This document shows positions 25,761-34,646 of a stretch of 64,000 bases of DNA, piece by piece. Under the pieces are notes generated by a model. That model was given only the letters and a program-made list of their open reading frames with translations, was not told the DNA's origin and did no database searches. How positions within the stretch are numbered: position 1 is the first letter of the stretch; each line of letters starts with the position of its first letter. Position numbers and translations under genes: made by a program. The DNA comes from Escherichia phage arall: sequence record MN850584.1, one strand, 5' to 3'.

Positions 25761-25785
25761 ATAAGAAAAGGGGCTTTCGCCCCTT
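25761..25785 (-). terminator. Hairpin AAAGGGGC-TTTC-GCCCCTT, one of three identical copies
   Basis: GC stem with flanking T/A runs; same 20-mer at 37056 and 50147. Confidence 0.6.
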
Positions 25786-25792
25786 GGTCAAG

Positions 25793-26605
25793 TTACTTAG
25801 TCAAATGATCTTCTATCATTTTTATGAAAGCAGGATTGCTAAAAGCATCTGCTGCCTTTTCTCTGTAAACAAAGACTCCTCTATCTTCGTAAAGAAGAGT
25901 TTCTTCGTAATTAATTCCTGGGTTAACAACAATCATTTTTGTACCCATATTAAGTGCAGGGAATAATTCCCAATTAAAATTGATAACTTGGTTTGAACAT
26001 CCTACTACAACAACCAAATCTTGCATGGTCAAAGTATCAAACAAGTGAGCCATATCTGCATACAAAGGTGCAGCCTCACCAAAAAATACAACATTAGGCT
26101 TCACCCAGTTATAATCATCTATGTTTATACTATTGTAACCAATATCTACCAGTGTTTTGTAATCTCCAGGATGCATACGGTAAACTACTTCAGGAAGATA
26201 CCCGTGCACGTGAATAACAGAATCCCTGTCCACACCTGCTCGCTCTAGTAGATCATCAACGTTTGTTGTCAAGTTTACTACTTGGTTAGGATATTCCTTA
26301 AACCACTTTGCTATTTGAATATGTGCAGCATTAGGTTGTACATCTTTAAGCTCAACACGTCTTTTGTTATAAAATTCGTGTGTTTTGGCATACAAGTCCA
26401 TACCGTTCTCGTCTACACCACCGACCACTGGAAGATCTGGAGATGTTCTCACACGATAACCTGCTTGGAAAGCTCCAATATCGCAGACCTCTTCTAAGTC
26501 ATATTCTTCCCATAAGGCACGACCACTATCTGTGTCTGTTCGGAACGTTCGAATCCCACTGTCTGCACTTAAACCTGCGCCACTAACAAAAATTACTCTT
26601 CGCAT
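25793..26605 (-). CDS. Sir2 (sirtuin)-family protein, Zn-ribbon-less
   Basis: GAGLSADSGIRTFR (sirtuin GAGxSxxSGIPxFR), TTNVDDL (TQNID), HVHG catalytic His, VVFFGE; no Cys4 Zn module; RBS AAGAGGA. Confidence 0.8.
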   Translation of the reverse strand: MRRVIFVSGAGLSADSGIRTFRTDTDSGRALWEEYDLEEVCDIGAFQAGYRVRTSPDLPVVGGVDENGMDLYAKTHEFYNKRRVELKDVQPNAAHIQIAKWFKEYPNQVVNLTTNVDDLLERAGVDRDSVIHVHGYLPEVVYRMHPGDYKTLVDIGYNSINIDDYNWVKPNVVFFGEAAPLYADMAHLFDTLTMQDLVVVVGCSNQVINFNWELFPALNMGTKMIVVNPGINYEETLLYEDRGVFVYREKAADAFSNPAFIKMIEDHLTK

Positions 26606-26616
26606 TCAATATCCTC

Positions 26617-27162
26617 TTAGTAATCATCATCCCAAGAAGATGCGTCGTAACGCTCTTCCTCTTCGAAATCCCAATTAATTTCTACTCCAAAATCTAAAAA
26701 CAATTTAACAATGTTTTCTGTAGAGTAGTATTTATCATAAGCATTAGCTAGTTCCCAATACTTGTCACTCAATTTTTTATATTTAGGATCATTATAGTCA
26801 TAATCTACTTTATAACCATAATCATACATCTCTTGTTTAGCTTTAAGCATAGCTTCTGGTGTAAGAAGATTAGGGAACGGACGATTTCTTTCTTTTAACT
26901 TAGAAGCAATCCAGTTTGCAACATTCGCCACTTCACCATCTCGATTATCACCTAAACAACTTGCATAATCTCCATCTTCGTAAGTGCCTAAATCCCCACA
27001 GACCACATGTACAATACTTGAATACGATCCACACGTTTCACAATCTGAAAAAGTGTCTACTGTTGTAATATCAATAGATAAAACTGGTAAAGCCATAGCT
27101 TCTTTCACACAAGCCTCCTCATATAATAACATATCATCAAAACCCATATATCCTCCACACAA
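26617..27162 (-). CDS. Highly acidic, Tyr/Asp-rich hypothetical protein (181 aa)
   Basis: ORF in operon; composition only. Confidence 0.55.
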   Translation of the reverse strand: MCGGYMGFDDMLLYEEACVKEAMALPVLSIDITTVDTFSDCETCGSYSSIVHVVCGDLGTYEDGDYASCLGDNRDGEVANVANWIASKLKERNRPFPNLLTPEAMLKAKQEMYDYGYKVDYDYNDPKYKKLSDKYWELANAYDKYYSTENIVKLFLDFGVEINWDFEEEERYDASSWDDDY

Positions 27163-27164
27163 AT

Positions 27165-27185
27165 AAAGCCCCTGATTGGGGCTTT
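27165..27185 (-). terminator. Intergenic hairpin AAAGCCCC-TGATT-GGGGCTTT (weak terminator/attenuator)
   Basis: 8-bp GC stem; poor T-run. Confidence 0.4.
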
Positions 27186-27201
27186 GGTTAAGTTTTATGG
27201 A

Positions 27202-27813
27202 TTATACCAGACTTTTAAGGTACTTGTCAAGGGCTTCTTGATCACCTTGACAAACATAGCAACGGAAGTCTTGAGCAGAAGGTTCTTTGTCCTCGTCCCA
27301 ATCCCAATAAACAGTACCTTTATAACGTGAACCTGGGAACTCGAAATATGCCACATGAGTAATATGGTGTGGGCCACCCCAAAATTCTGTAAAAGTAAAT
27401 TGAGGATACGCTGCTTTAACTGTATTCTCAAACCAAGTTTTACGATCTAATGCTTCGTTTATAAAATAAGCATGGCGTTCCATTTCATCCCAATCTTTCC
27501 AAACGCATTTTTCATCCAGAGAAAAAACAAAATCTTCACTGTTAAAATCGTCTGTATCTGATTCCAAAATATCATAATCATGTGCACTAGGTATCCACCA
27601 TCCAGCTTCTAATAGTGCTTTTGCAGGTACAAAACCTTTTTCAGCATATTGATCAAATTCTTTTACTCTACGTACAGTGCAGTATTCATCTTCACCACCA
27701 ATGTCCAGCAGACAAGCACCTTTGCGTCTTGCTGCAAGACCATGTGTATCAAAAACTACAACACTACCTTCACCATCTTCACGATCTACTTGATATGCAA
27801 CTTTTTGAGTCAT
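27202..27813 (-). CDS. Hypothetical protein (203 aa)
   Basis: ORF with ATG; no recognised motifs. Confidence 0.55.
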   Translation of the reverse strand: MTQKVAYQVDREDGEGSVVVFDTHGLAARRKGACLLDIGGEDEYCTVRRVKEFDQYAEKGFVPAKALLEAGWWIPSAHDYDILESDTDDFNSEDFVFSLDEKCVWKDWDEMERHAYFINEALDRKTWFENTVKAAYPQFTFTEFWGGPHHITHVAYFEFPGSRYKGTVYWDWDEDKEPSAQDFRCYVCQGDQEALDKYLKSLV

Positions 27814-27814
27814 A

Positions 27815-27952
27815 TTACCCCCAATGTATATGGGAAATTAACCAAAAGATAAATTCCCAAAAACACCAACCAAGAAAAGTTAATGGAATTATAAAAGCTA
27901 TCAGAGCAGTCTTCCAGCCTTTCCACAATGTTTCCACTATTCCTCCATACAT
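27815..27952 (-). CDS. Possible small membrane protein (45 aa) filling Dcm-27813 gap
   Basis: Hydrophobic ORF exactly spanning intergenic gap; weak RBS. Confidence 0.3.
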   Translation of the reverse strand: MYGGIVETLWKGWKTALIAFIIPLTFLGWCFWEFIFWLISHIHWG

Positions 27953-28926
27953 TTAAGAATATGTGCAATGACAGGTATAGTCCAACCGTTGCCTAACATC
28001 TTATATGCTTGTGTGTTACTACTCACTTTAAAGTAATCATCTGGAACACCTTGTAAGCGGCAACACTCTTTAACCGTTAACTTTCTGTAATGTACGCCTT
28101 CACTCAATTTTTCAAAGGCATCTAGATATCTTCCAGGTGGAATGTAAGCTAATAGTACGTCTTTCGGCACAGTCGTGAGGCAACGAGTTTTTTCACTGTC
28201 CTGAACTTCCAAACAATGTACCAAACGATCAGTTTTAGATGTACTACGTTTGCCATTCTCATTAATTCTACGCCCATATATTGCTGCCGGATAAAAAACC
28301 AGTTGTCTGCGACTCTTTTCAAAATACTGTTCTATATTACCACCTTTGGCATAATTTGCATCTATGCAATAAGCCTTATCTCTGTCTACAATACTATCAT
28401 CTTCAATAATATCTTGCAACACTTCATTGGTAATCTCCCAGGGTTTTATTTCCCAGTTGCACCAGTATAAACGTTGTCTATTCTGTGCCGTGAAATCTGC
28501 GGAGTTAATGAATACGGGATCAACACCTAAGTAACTTGTGATCACGTTTTCCCACTCCACTTTCATCTTAACGTTTTCAAGCATGAACTTAACATTAGGA
28601 TTAAACTTTTTAATATGTTCAAGAATTTCAACATATTCGAAGAATAGCTTAGATCGCGGATCTTGAAAGTTCAAACCCTTACCAGAAGAAGAGAAGCCTT
28701 GACACGGACTACCACCTAACAAAAGATCAATTTCTCCCCACGGGATATCCCATTCTCTCCATTTTGTAACATCACCTAACTGAATAATATCTGGAAAATT
28801 TGCTTGGCTTTCAGCTATGGCAAATTTGTCTAATTCTGAAGCATAATATGTATCTACTTCAATACCTGCACTTTTTAGCGCAAGCATTCCTCCTGACATA
28901 CCATCAAAAAGACTTAAAACTTTCAT
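27937..28926 (-). CDS. DNA (cytosine-5)-methyltransferase
   Basis: Motif I LFDGMSGG, motif IV GSPCQGFS, motif VI ENV, C-terminal NGWTIPV-like block. Confidence 0.85.
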   Translation of the reverse strand: MKVLSLFDGMSGGMLALKSAGIEVDTYYASELDKFAIAESQANFPDIIQLGDVTKWREWDIPWGEIDLLLGGSPCQGFSSSGKGLNFQDPRSKLFFEYVEILEHIKKFNPNVKFMLENVKMKVEWENVITSYLGVDPVFINSADFTAQNRQRLYWCNWEIKPWEITNEVLQDIIEDDSIVDRDKAYCIDANYAKGGNIEQYFEKSRRQLVFYPAAIYGRRINENGKRSTSKTDRLVHCLEVQDSEKTRCLTTVPKDVLLAYIPPGRYLDAFEKLSEGVHYRKLTVKECCRLQGVPDDYFKVSSNTQAYKMLGNGWTIPVIAHILKCMEE

Positions 28927-28928
28927 TA

Positions 28929-29339
28929 TTACTTCTTCTCCTTAACACTAGCTGGTAATTCTGCCTTGAGGCAGAAGTTTAAACGGTAAGCCTCATTCTC
29001 ATTTAAAAGTACAGATTCACACGATAACCAGAACAAGAGATCCTCAATACCAGGGCTGTTAAGCCAACAGTGCAGAAGAGAATGTTGTTCTATATCAATG
29101 TAATTTAGTAACAAGGCTTGTAAGGCGTAACTAGTTCCTGTCGTTTTTGCTTTTTCAAGGATGATATTGTGTTTACTAACAACTTTCTTCTTAAGACCAA
29201 ACCATTTATTAACAACAACAGTCTCTTCTTGTAGTTGTTTTCTTATTTTCTCACATTCTTTAACTACAATCTGCATCTTATCCACTGCTGATTGAAGTTG
29301 TTCTTTTGTTGGGTTTACAAAATAGTCACTATAGTACAT
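28929..29339 (-). CDS. Hypothetical protein (136 aa)
   Basis: ORF in operon. Confidence 0.55.
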   Translation of the reverse strand: MYYSDYFVNPTKEQLQSAVDKMQIVVKECEKIRKQLQEETVVVNKWFGLKKKVVSKHNIILEKAKTTGTSYALQALLLNYIDIEQHSLLHCWLNSPGIEDLLFWLSCESVLLNENEAYRLNFCLKAELPASVKEKK

Positions 29340-29396
29340 GCTAATCTTCTCCTCTTCTGTTTTTCTGTAGTTTATTCGAAAAAACTGGTGTTGTCA

Positions 29397-29424
29397 ACAA
29401 AAAACCCGCCGAAGCGGGTTTATA
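29397..29424 (-). terminator. Terminator hairpin AACCCGC-CGAA-GCGGGTT with T-run on minus strand, followed by TTGACA
   Basis: Variant of 111-133 family; internal terminator/promoter junction in minus block. Confidence 0.6.
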
Positions 29425-29682
29425 TTATTCTACAGGAACTTCTTCACCAAGAGAAACTTCTAAACGGAATGCTTTACTTTCAATACACTCACTACCTTTT
29501 AGAAAATCAAATTGCACTATAGACTGACTTAATAGGATAGATAGAATCACATCACAATCTTCACTAGGAGCTAGATGTTTGTATTCTTCCTTCAAGGTAA
29601 CATCATAAAAACATAAATCCCCTACTCCTAGTTCATCCCATCCTTCCCACGCATCTACAAAGTTAAACTCTAAACCTTTCAT
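29425..29682 (-). CDS. Hypothetical protein (85 aa)
   Basis: ORF. Confidence 0.5.
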   Translation of the reverse strand: MKGLEFNFVDAWEGWDELGVGDLCFYDVTLKEEYKHLAPSEDCDVILSILLSQSIVQFDFLKGSECIESKAFRLEVSLGEEVPVE

Positions 29683-30203
29683 ACAACCTCCTCGTAGTTG
29701 TTATTGTGTTTTACTGTCTCAACATACAATAAAGATTCCATCTGTAATACATTACCAGAAATAATAAACCCGTAAGCCATTTCAGATGTGTCTATATCAT
29801 ATGCCCCGTCTTCCGGTTTAGCAAAGTGTAAAACTATTTCATCTGGGTTTTCTTCATCCCATAGTTTAGAAATTTTCCGAACCAGAATGTTAGCTAAAAT
29901 AGTTGACATTCGGGATAAAGCTGTATCCTCGTATCTTTTAAAACCTAACCAATAGAGGTTAAGAATTTCTACTTCTTCTTGTGTTAAGTTTTTGTCTAAA
30001 GTAATCAGATCTGTAGGATACATCGTTTTTGTTGAACCTACTGTTACAAAACCTGGAGTGTTATGAAAAACAATCTTAACTTTATCACGTATAAAGTTTA
30101 AACCTTGTGCCTCAACTATATATTGTATTGTAGGTACAATATCGTTTGTTACATCAATAAAACTATCTTTAATGACGCTTATATTATTTCTGGACAAGAC
30201 CAT
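29679..30203 (-). CDS. Hypothetical protein (174 aa)
   Basis: ORF, overlapping stop/start. Confidence 0.55.
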   Translation of the reverse strand: MVLSRNNISVIKDSFIDVTNDIVPTIQYIVEAQGLNFIRDKVKIVFHNTPGFVTVGSTKTMYPTDLITLDKNLTQEEVEILNLYWLGFKRYEDTALSRMSTILANILVRKISKLWDEENPDEIVLHFAKPEDGAYDIDTSEMAYGFIISGNVLQMESLLYVETVKHNNNYEEVV

Positions 30204-30762
30204 TCTCCTCTAAAATAGGCTTAATAAATTCGAAAATTTGTTTTTTACTTTTATCTCGAATATTAAAACAAGGAACATTAAACTTTTTAGCCAACATCCA
30301 AGCTGTTCTTGTACCACCTAAAGGATCTCCATTTTTATCTGTATTTGCACAAGCTAAAAGAAAACAAGATGGTTTTGGATTCTCAAGATCTCTTCCAAGA
30401 ACTTGGTGGATATTTCTTTGATGTAATTTTTTAGCACCTTGAGATAATCTGTCCCAAGCTGGATGCAATTCTTTTGCATATTGCAAGGTTAGAGCATAGT
30501 TTACACTATCTGGTCTGTCAAGAACAATAACCTCTCCCTCTATTTCATTACCTTTAAACGAGAGCCAAGGGATGTATATTTCTTTCTTTGTATTGTTCCC
30601 ACTATCATATACCCCGCATTCAAATGCGGAATCTGCACCTTCTGCTTTACCAGATCGCAAAATGAACCATGTAGATAACCATTTTGCAACAGATACCATA
30701 GTATCCCATTCTTCGTCTGTAATATCTCTGCTACCAACACCTGTGTAGAATAAATCGCTCAT
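30184..30762 (-). CDS. DprA/Smf-like Rossmann-fold (SLOG-superfamily) protein
   Basis: Start at MSDLFY (RBS AAGGAG); TGVGSR ... SGKAEGAD pattern typical of DprA/LOG/SLOG nucleotide-binding folds; motif recall only. Confidence 0.4.
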   Translation of the reverse strand: MSDLFYTGVGSRDITDEEWDTMVSVAKWLSTWFILRSGKAEGADSAFECGVYDSGNNTKKEIYIPWLSFKGNEIEGEVIVLDRPDSVNYALTLQYAKELHPAWDRLSQGAKKLHQRNIHQVLGRDLENPKPSCFLLACANTDKNGDPLGGTRTAWMLAKKFNVPCFNIRDKSKKQIFEFIKPILEENGLVQK

Positions 30763-30772
30763 GGTTTTCTCC

Positions 30773-31093
30773 TTAACAAGTAATATTGGGAGTAACAATT
30801 GGATTAACAATTGGAGTAATAGGGTACGTAAACCAAGGGCTTCCAATTTCCCAAGGATAATAAGGTCTACGAGGATCGTATGGAGGAGTTACTTCAGGCT
30901 TTTTCCAAATCTCCGCTAATTGTTTCTTCCATTTATCCCTTGCTGTCTCATTATCTTCATCCAACTGTTCATCATTATCTTTTATTTCTGGTTTTGGAAA
31001 TAAAAGCTCTTTGACTAATTCAACATCTTCCGTCTCAATAGTAGTTTCTTTCGTAAGTTCTCCTACTGTTTCTTTAATTGTGATTTTATACAT
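30773..31093 (-). CDS. Pro/Glu-rich hypothetical protein (106 aa)
   Basis: ORF. Confidence 0.5.
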   Translation of the reverse strand: MYKITIKETVGELTKETTIETEDVELVKELLFPKPEIKDNDEQLDEDNETARDKWKKQLAEIWKKPEVTPPYDPRRPYYPWEIGSPWFTYPITPIVNPIVTPNITC

Positions 31094-31839
31094 TAGTCCT
31101 CCTCTAAAGTAGAATAAAATTGTAACGTATTTGAATCATCAAAATATGCAAAGGTTAAATTACCATTGAAGCAAGATCCTGTGTCCATATATACCCTATT
31201 ACTGCTAATCACAGGTTTAGGAACATAAGAATGCCCGTGAAATACATAATCTACTCCTGAAACCCTAGGAAGAAGAATCCCTTCAAGTGCGCAATCTATC
31301 ATATCACGATCCCACATTAAAGATTCTGTGAATTGAGAAACTTGCTCTTTATTCATATTCAAACAAAATGGCAAAACTTCTGTCACTGGTAAATGTTCCA
31401 AAACTGAAGGATACCCACCGTGAATAAAGCCTAGTTTCATATTACGATAATTGACAACAAGTACAACAGGTAAATCTTCTAGCATCAAAGCAAGAGCAGT
31501 TGCACCCTCTTCTCCACACTCGTCTAGAACTGTATGGCCTCCGTTCTGAAACCAACATTCGTAATATCGTCTATCACCTTCTAACAACCCTTTAATCATC
31601 ATATCTTCATGATTTCCACGAATACCATAACGATTTAGCTTTCTGGTGAATTCAACAACACAACGAAAATTCTGCTTGCCGCGATCTGTAAGATCTCCTA
31701 AAGATACAACAACATCTTGATCTCGGATACCTAAAGTATTAACACCTTTCTGGTACAAATCAAAGCAACCATGTAAATCACCAATAATAAACAGGTCTTG
31801 ATCATCTTTTACACTAATTTCTTGATATACTAACATCAA
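31093..31839 (-). CDS. Calcineurin-like metallophosphatase (Ser/Thr protein phosphatase family)
   Basis: GDLHG, GDLTDRG, GNHE motifs. Confidence 0.8.
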   Translation of the reverse strand: MMLVYQEISVKDDQDLFIIGDLHGCFDLYQKGVNTLGIRDQDVVVSLGDLTDRGKQNFRCVVEFTRKLNRYGIRGNHEDMMIKGLLEGDRRYYECWFQNGGHTVLDECGEEGATALALMLEDLPVVLVVNYRNMKLGFIHGGYPSVLEHLPVTEVLPFCLNMNKEQVSQFTESLMWDRDMIDCALEGILLPRVSGVDYVFHGHSYVPKPVISSNRVYMDTGSCFNGNLTFAYFDDSNTLQFYSTLEED

Positions 31840-32162
31840 CTCTCCTCAAAATCCATAAGTATAAAGATATTAACTTTACCTTCTATATTATGTTCTACAA
31901 CAAGATCTGCAAATTCTTTGTAGGCTTTTTCTTCTATTTGTTCAATGTGAGACGCTACATCTTTGTATATAGCGTCACCATCTACTTTAACAAGGAGGAA
32001 TAGAGATCTTACTTCAATCTCTTTATTTTTACGGGGTAGAAAATCGACGGCTTCTTGTATACGCCAGCCGAGATACCCTGGAGTCCTTTGAATATCCTCC
32101 AAATGACTTTCTAAGATTTCCCTTCCTTTGTCTATTAAAGCCTGTTCTGTCGTTATTTTCAT
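31836..32162 (-). CDS. Hypothetical protein (108 aa)
   Basis: ORF. Confidence 0.5.
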   Translation of the reverse strand: MKITTEQALIDKGREILESHLEDIQRTPGYLGWRIQEAVDFLPRKNKEIEVRSLFLLVKVDGDAIYKDVASHIEQIEEKAYKEFADLVVEHNIEGKVNIFILMDFEES

Positions 32163-32172
32163 CCCCTTCTCC

Positions 32173-32745
32173 TTAATGTGTTAATGAAACTGCGTAGCTA
32201 AACACAGGTTCAGATATTACATCGGCTACAGTAATAAAAACGTCTTCGTCTTGAGTTGTTTCTACACGACATACAGTTACACCATTCACCACGAATTCAA
32301 CGCAATGTGGAATATCTTCACAAACGAAGGTAGTGTAAGTAACACCCAAAGCATCATACAAAGATTTAACAGTGTTTGCAAGTGCCGCAGTTTCTTCTTT
32401 TTCTGAGACAATGAATGCTGTAACAACAAGATTGTTTGCATAGTTTAGACTGTCCTCTATAGCCAATGATTTACAAGGTAGTAATGCAAAATATTTACCT
32501 GGTTTAATCAGACCTGCTTCCCATTGATTCAAAATTGCCTGGGATGGTTTAGTAATATAAAACAGATTTTCACTTGGGTTATCAATATTACTTCTGGCGA
32601 TACAACGTGAAGGATTATTATTATCAAATACATGATCAAAATCTACACAAACAGGTAAACTGAAAGGTGTGAATTTTTTACCTAATAATCCTATGGCTGA
32701 TAATATGTTTGCTGTGCTTATCTTCCCGTTAAAAGCTAAACGCAT
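32173..32745 (-). CDS. Hypothetical protein (190 aa)
   Basis: ORF. Confidence 0.55.
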   Translation of the reverse strand: MRLAFNGKISTANILSAIGLLGKKFTPFSLPVCVDFDHVFDNNNPSRCIARSNIDNPSENLFYITKPSQAILNQWEAGLIKPGKYFALLPCKSLAIEDSLNYANNLVVTAFIVSEKEETAALANTVKSLYDALGVTYTTFVCEDIPHCVEFVVNGVTVCRVETTQDEDVFITVADVISEPVFSYAVSLTH

Positions 32746-32756
32746 ATTTAACTCCT

Positions 32757-32960
32757 TTAACTAGCAACCGTAACTTCCGAACTTTCTTCTTTCGTACTGT
32801 CTACGATATGCCTGGTGGCAATATACGAGACTTGCCAGTTACCATCTGGTGTAGTCTCAATAAGTACCCTATCTACTTCGAGAAAATGCAAAAATTCAAC
32901 CATCGCTCGCTTCGATAGGAATTGTTTTTTAACAGTCTCCTCAAAAGATTGAACTGCCAT
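32757..32960 (-). CDS. Hypothetical protein (67 aa)
   Basis: ORF. Confidence 0.45.
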   Translation of the reverse strand: MAVQSFEETVKKQFLSKRAMVEFLHFLEVDRVLIETTPDGNWQVSYIATRHIVDSTKEESSEVTVAS

Positions 32961-32969
32961 GTTTCCTCC

Positions 32970-33632
32970 TTATTTAATATTCAATTTTGCACAAAGACGT
33001 TGTACCGCTTTGGCATCGAACAAACTCCCACGAATAGTTCTCTTTCCTGATTCATTCAGATGTTTTGCAATCGTCATATATGGCGTTTTACAAGCTCTGT
33101 ATGCAACTAAAGAATCTTTTAAAGAAAGCGCAAACTCTTTTGAGCGTTTTGCTTCTTCCGTTTTCGTATAATCTGTTCTTTTGTATTTAGGGTTTGCTGC
33201 ACCAAGAAGCGTTCCCTTCGCTTTTGCTACTTTAAGGCTCTTCTTAACACGATCAGATATTGCACGAGCCTCTTCTTCTGCCAGAACTGCTAAAATATTT
33301 ATTATCATATTTTCAGCGGAGGGCATAGTTGCTATTCGTACATTAATCATCTCTAACAAGGTTGCAACAGAAGCTGTGTTACGTCCAAGACGGTCAACCT
33401 TAGCAACAACAAGTGTAGCACCTGTTTCTTTGCAAAGATTAACAGCTTTTACAAGCTCTCTACGTTGCTTCCAATCGCCTTTACCCGAATAAAACTCTGC
33501 AAAGCTACCTACAATAGTATAATTTTCTTGTGAATCCAGGAAGCGTTGGATATCTGCTTCCTGTGATTCTATACCATACTGGTTGCCTTGTTGTTTCTTC
33601 TTAGAAAGTCGATGATACAGTACAAACTTCAT
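32970..33632 (-). CDS. Serine recombinase (resolvase/invertase family) with C-terminal HTH
   Basis: YHRLSKKKQ (catalytic Ser region), VAKVDRLGRN hallmark, ~220 aa. Confidence 0.8.
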   Translation of the reverse strand: MKFVLYHRLSKKKQQGNQYGIESQEADIQRFLDSQENYTIVGSFAEFYSGKGDWKQRRELVKAVNLCKETGATLVVAKVDRLGRNTASVATLLEMINVRIATMPSAENMIINILAVLAEEEARAISDRVKKSLKVAKAKGTLLGAANPKYKRTDYTKTEEAKRSKEFALSLKDSLVAYRACKTPYMTIAKHLNESGKRTIRGSLFDAKAVQRLCAKLNIK

Positions 33633-33689
33633 AATACCCTCCTGTTCTGTTACAGGAAGTATGCACTACCTTAACGTTAAAGTCAACAG

Positions 33690-33905
33690 TTAAGTAGTGG
33701 TAATATCATCTTCTTGAATATCAGGATCAACTTCTGCAAAGATAGCTTCTACAGGAATTTCTTCACCTGCTATTCTAGAAAGAAGCACTGAACCAATAGC
33801 TTTTGCGTGTTCTTCGGATTCCGCATAAACATTAGTCCCTGTGTCTTTTTTCTTAGTTTCGTTAAAATATACCAGATAGTAATTGTATGCCATTATTCTT
33901 CCCAA
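33690..33905 (-). CDS. Hypothetical protein (71 aa)
   Basis: ORF. Confidence 0.5.
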   Translation of the reverse strand: MGRIMAYNYYLVYFNETKKKDTGTNVYAESEEHAKAIGSVLLSRIAGEEIPVEAIFAEVDPDIQEDDITTT

Positions 33906-34144
33906 TCGTTGTTACGAGCATTTTCAAGAACCTTGACAACTTCTGCATACTCTACAGCTAAACCAGCACACACTTCAGCTTGTTTTGCAATTGCTTGTTT
34001 AAAGAACATAGCGATTGCAACACTCTGTGTTGTGTGAATGTTATCTGCTTTAGTTGATACGTGAAGATCAAAATCTTCTTCATCAAAGGTGAGTTCCATA
34101 GTAACAATAAATTTCTCGGTCATAAAAATGCTCCTCTTAAACAA
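33893..34144 (-). CDS. Hypothetical protein (83 aa)
   Basis: ORF. Confidence 0.5.
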   Translation of the reverse strand: MFKRSIFMTEKFIVTMELTFDEEDFDLHVSTKADNIHTTQSVAIAMFFKQAIAKQAEVCAGLAVEYAEVVKVLENARNNDWEE

Positions 34145-34646
34145 AATAGAAAGGTTGAGTTAAACCCAGCCTGTTTTTTGGGTCGTAGACGTACCAAGCA
34201 TATGCTGTCTTATCAGTACCACCTGCAACAAAAGATGGTCGTTCAGAAAGAACAATCAAATTTGTTGGTGGATTCTGTTTATGGAATTCCCTTCGTTTAA
34301 TAGACTCTAGGAAACCAAGACGCAACAAGTATATGCAAACGTCTGCTTCTTTTAAGCTCTTTTGCAAGAACTCAAGTGCAAGTTTGAATGGGGGATTTGT
34401 GATTATAATATCCGGCTTAGTATACCATTCATGGTTAAAATAATCTTTCCCTTCTTCTAACTCACAATATTCTGATCCTTCTGGAAAATGTTGATAAATT
34501 GCAGCAGCAGCGCCTTTACACGGTTCTGCAAAAATAAAACCTTCTTCTTTAAGGTTATTAAAATCTATTACACTAAATAATGCATTTATACATTTTTGTG
34601 GAGTAGGATAGTAATCAGTTGGTGGACGATCATACTTATTTGCCAC
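34137..34646 (-). CDS. Putative N6-adenine (amino-) DNA methyltransferase, small
   Basis: IIITNPPF (motif IV NPPF) preceded by AEPCKGAAA (AdoMet-binding-like). Confidence 0.6.
   Translation of the reverse strand: MANKYDRPPTDYYPTPQKCINALFSVIDFNNLKEEGFIFAEPCKGAAAAIYQHFPEGSEYCELEEGKDYFNHEWYTKPDIIITNPPFKLALEFLQKSLKEADVCIYLLRLGFLESIKRREFHKQNPPTNLIVLSERPSFVAGGTDKTAYAWYVYDPKNRLGLTQPFYFV

Noticed and set aside
26021-26586. Several plus-strand 68-75-aa ORFs
   Set aside because: They are antisense to the well-supported Sir2-like gene.
33181-33492. Plus-strand 103-aa ORF
   Set aside because: It is antisense to the serine recombinase gene.
32970-33632. Serine recombinase as a prophage integrase, implying a temperate element
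   Set aside because: The protein is small (resolvase/invertase size, not a large serine integrase) and no repressor or attachment-site features were seen. The context is lytic-phage metabolism.
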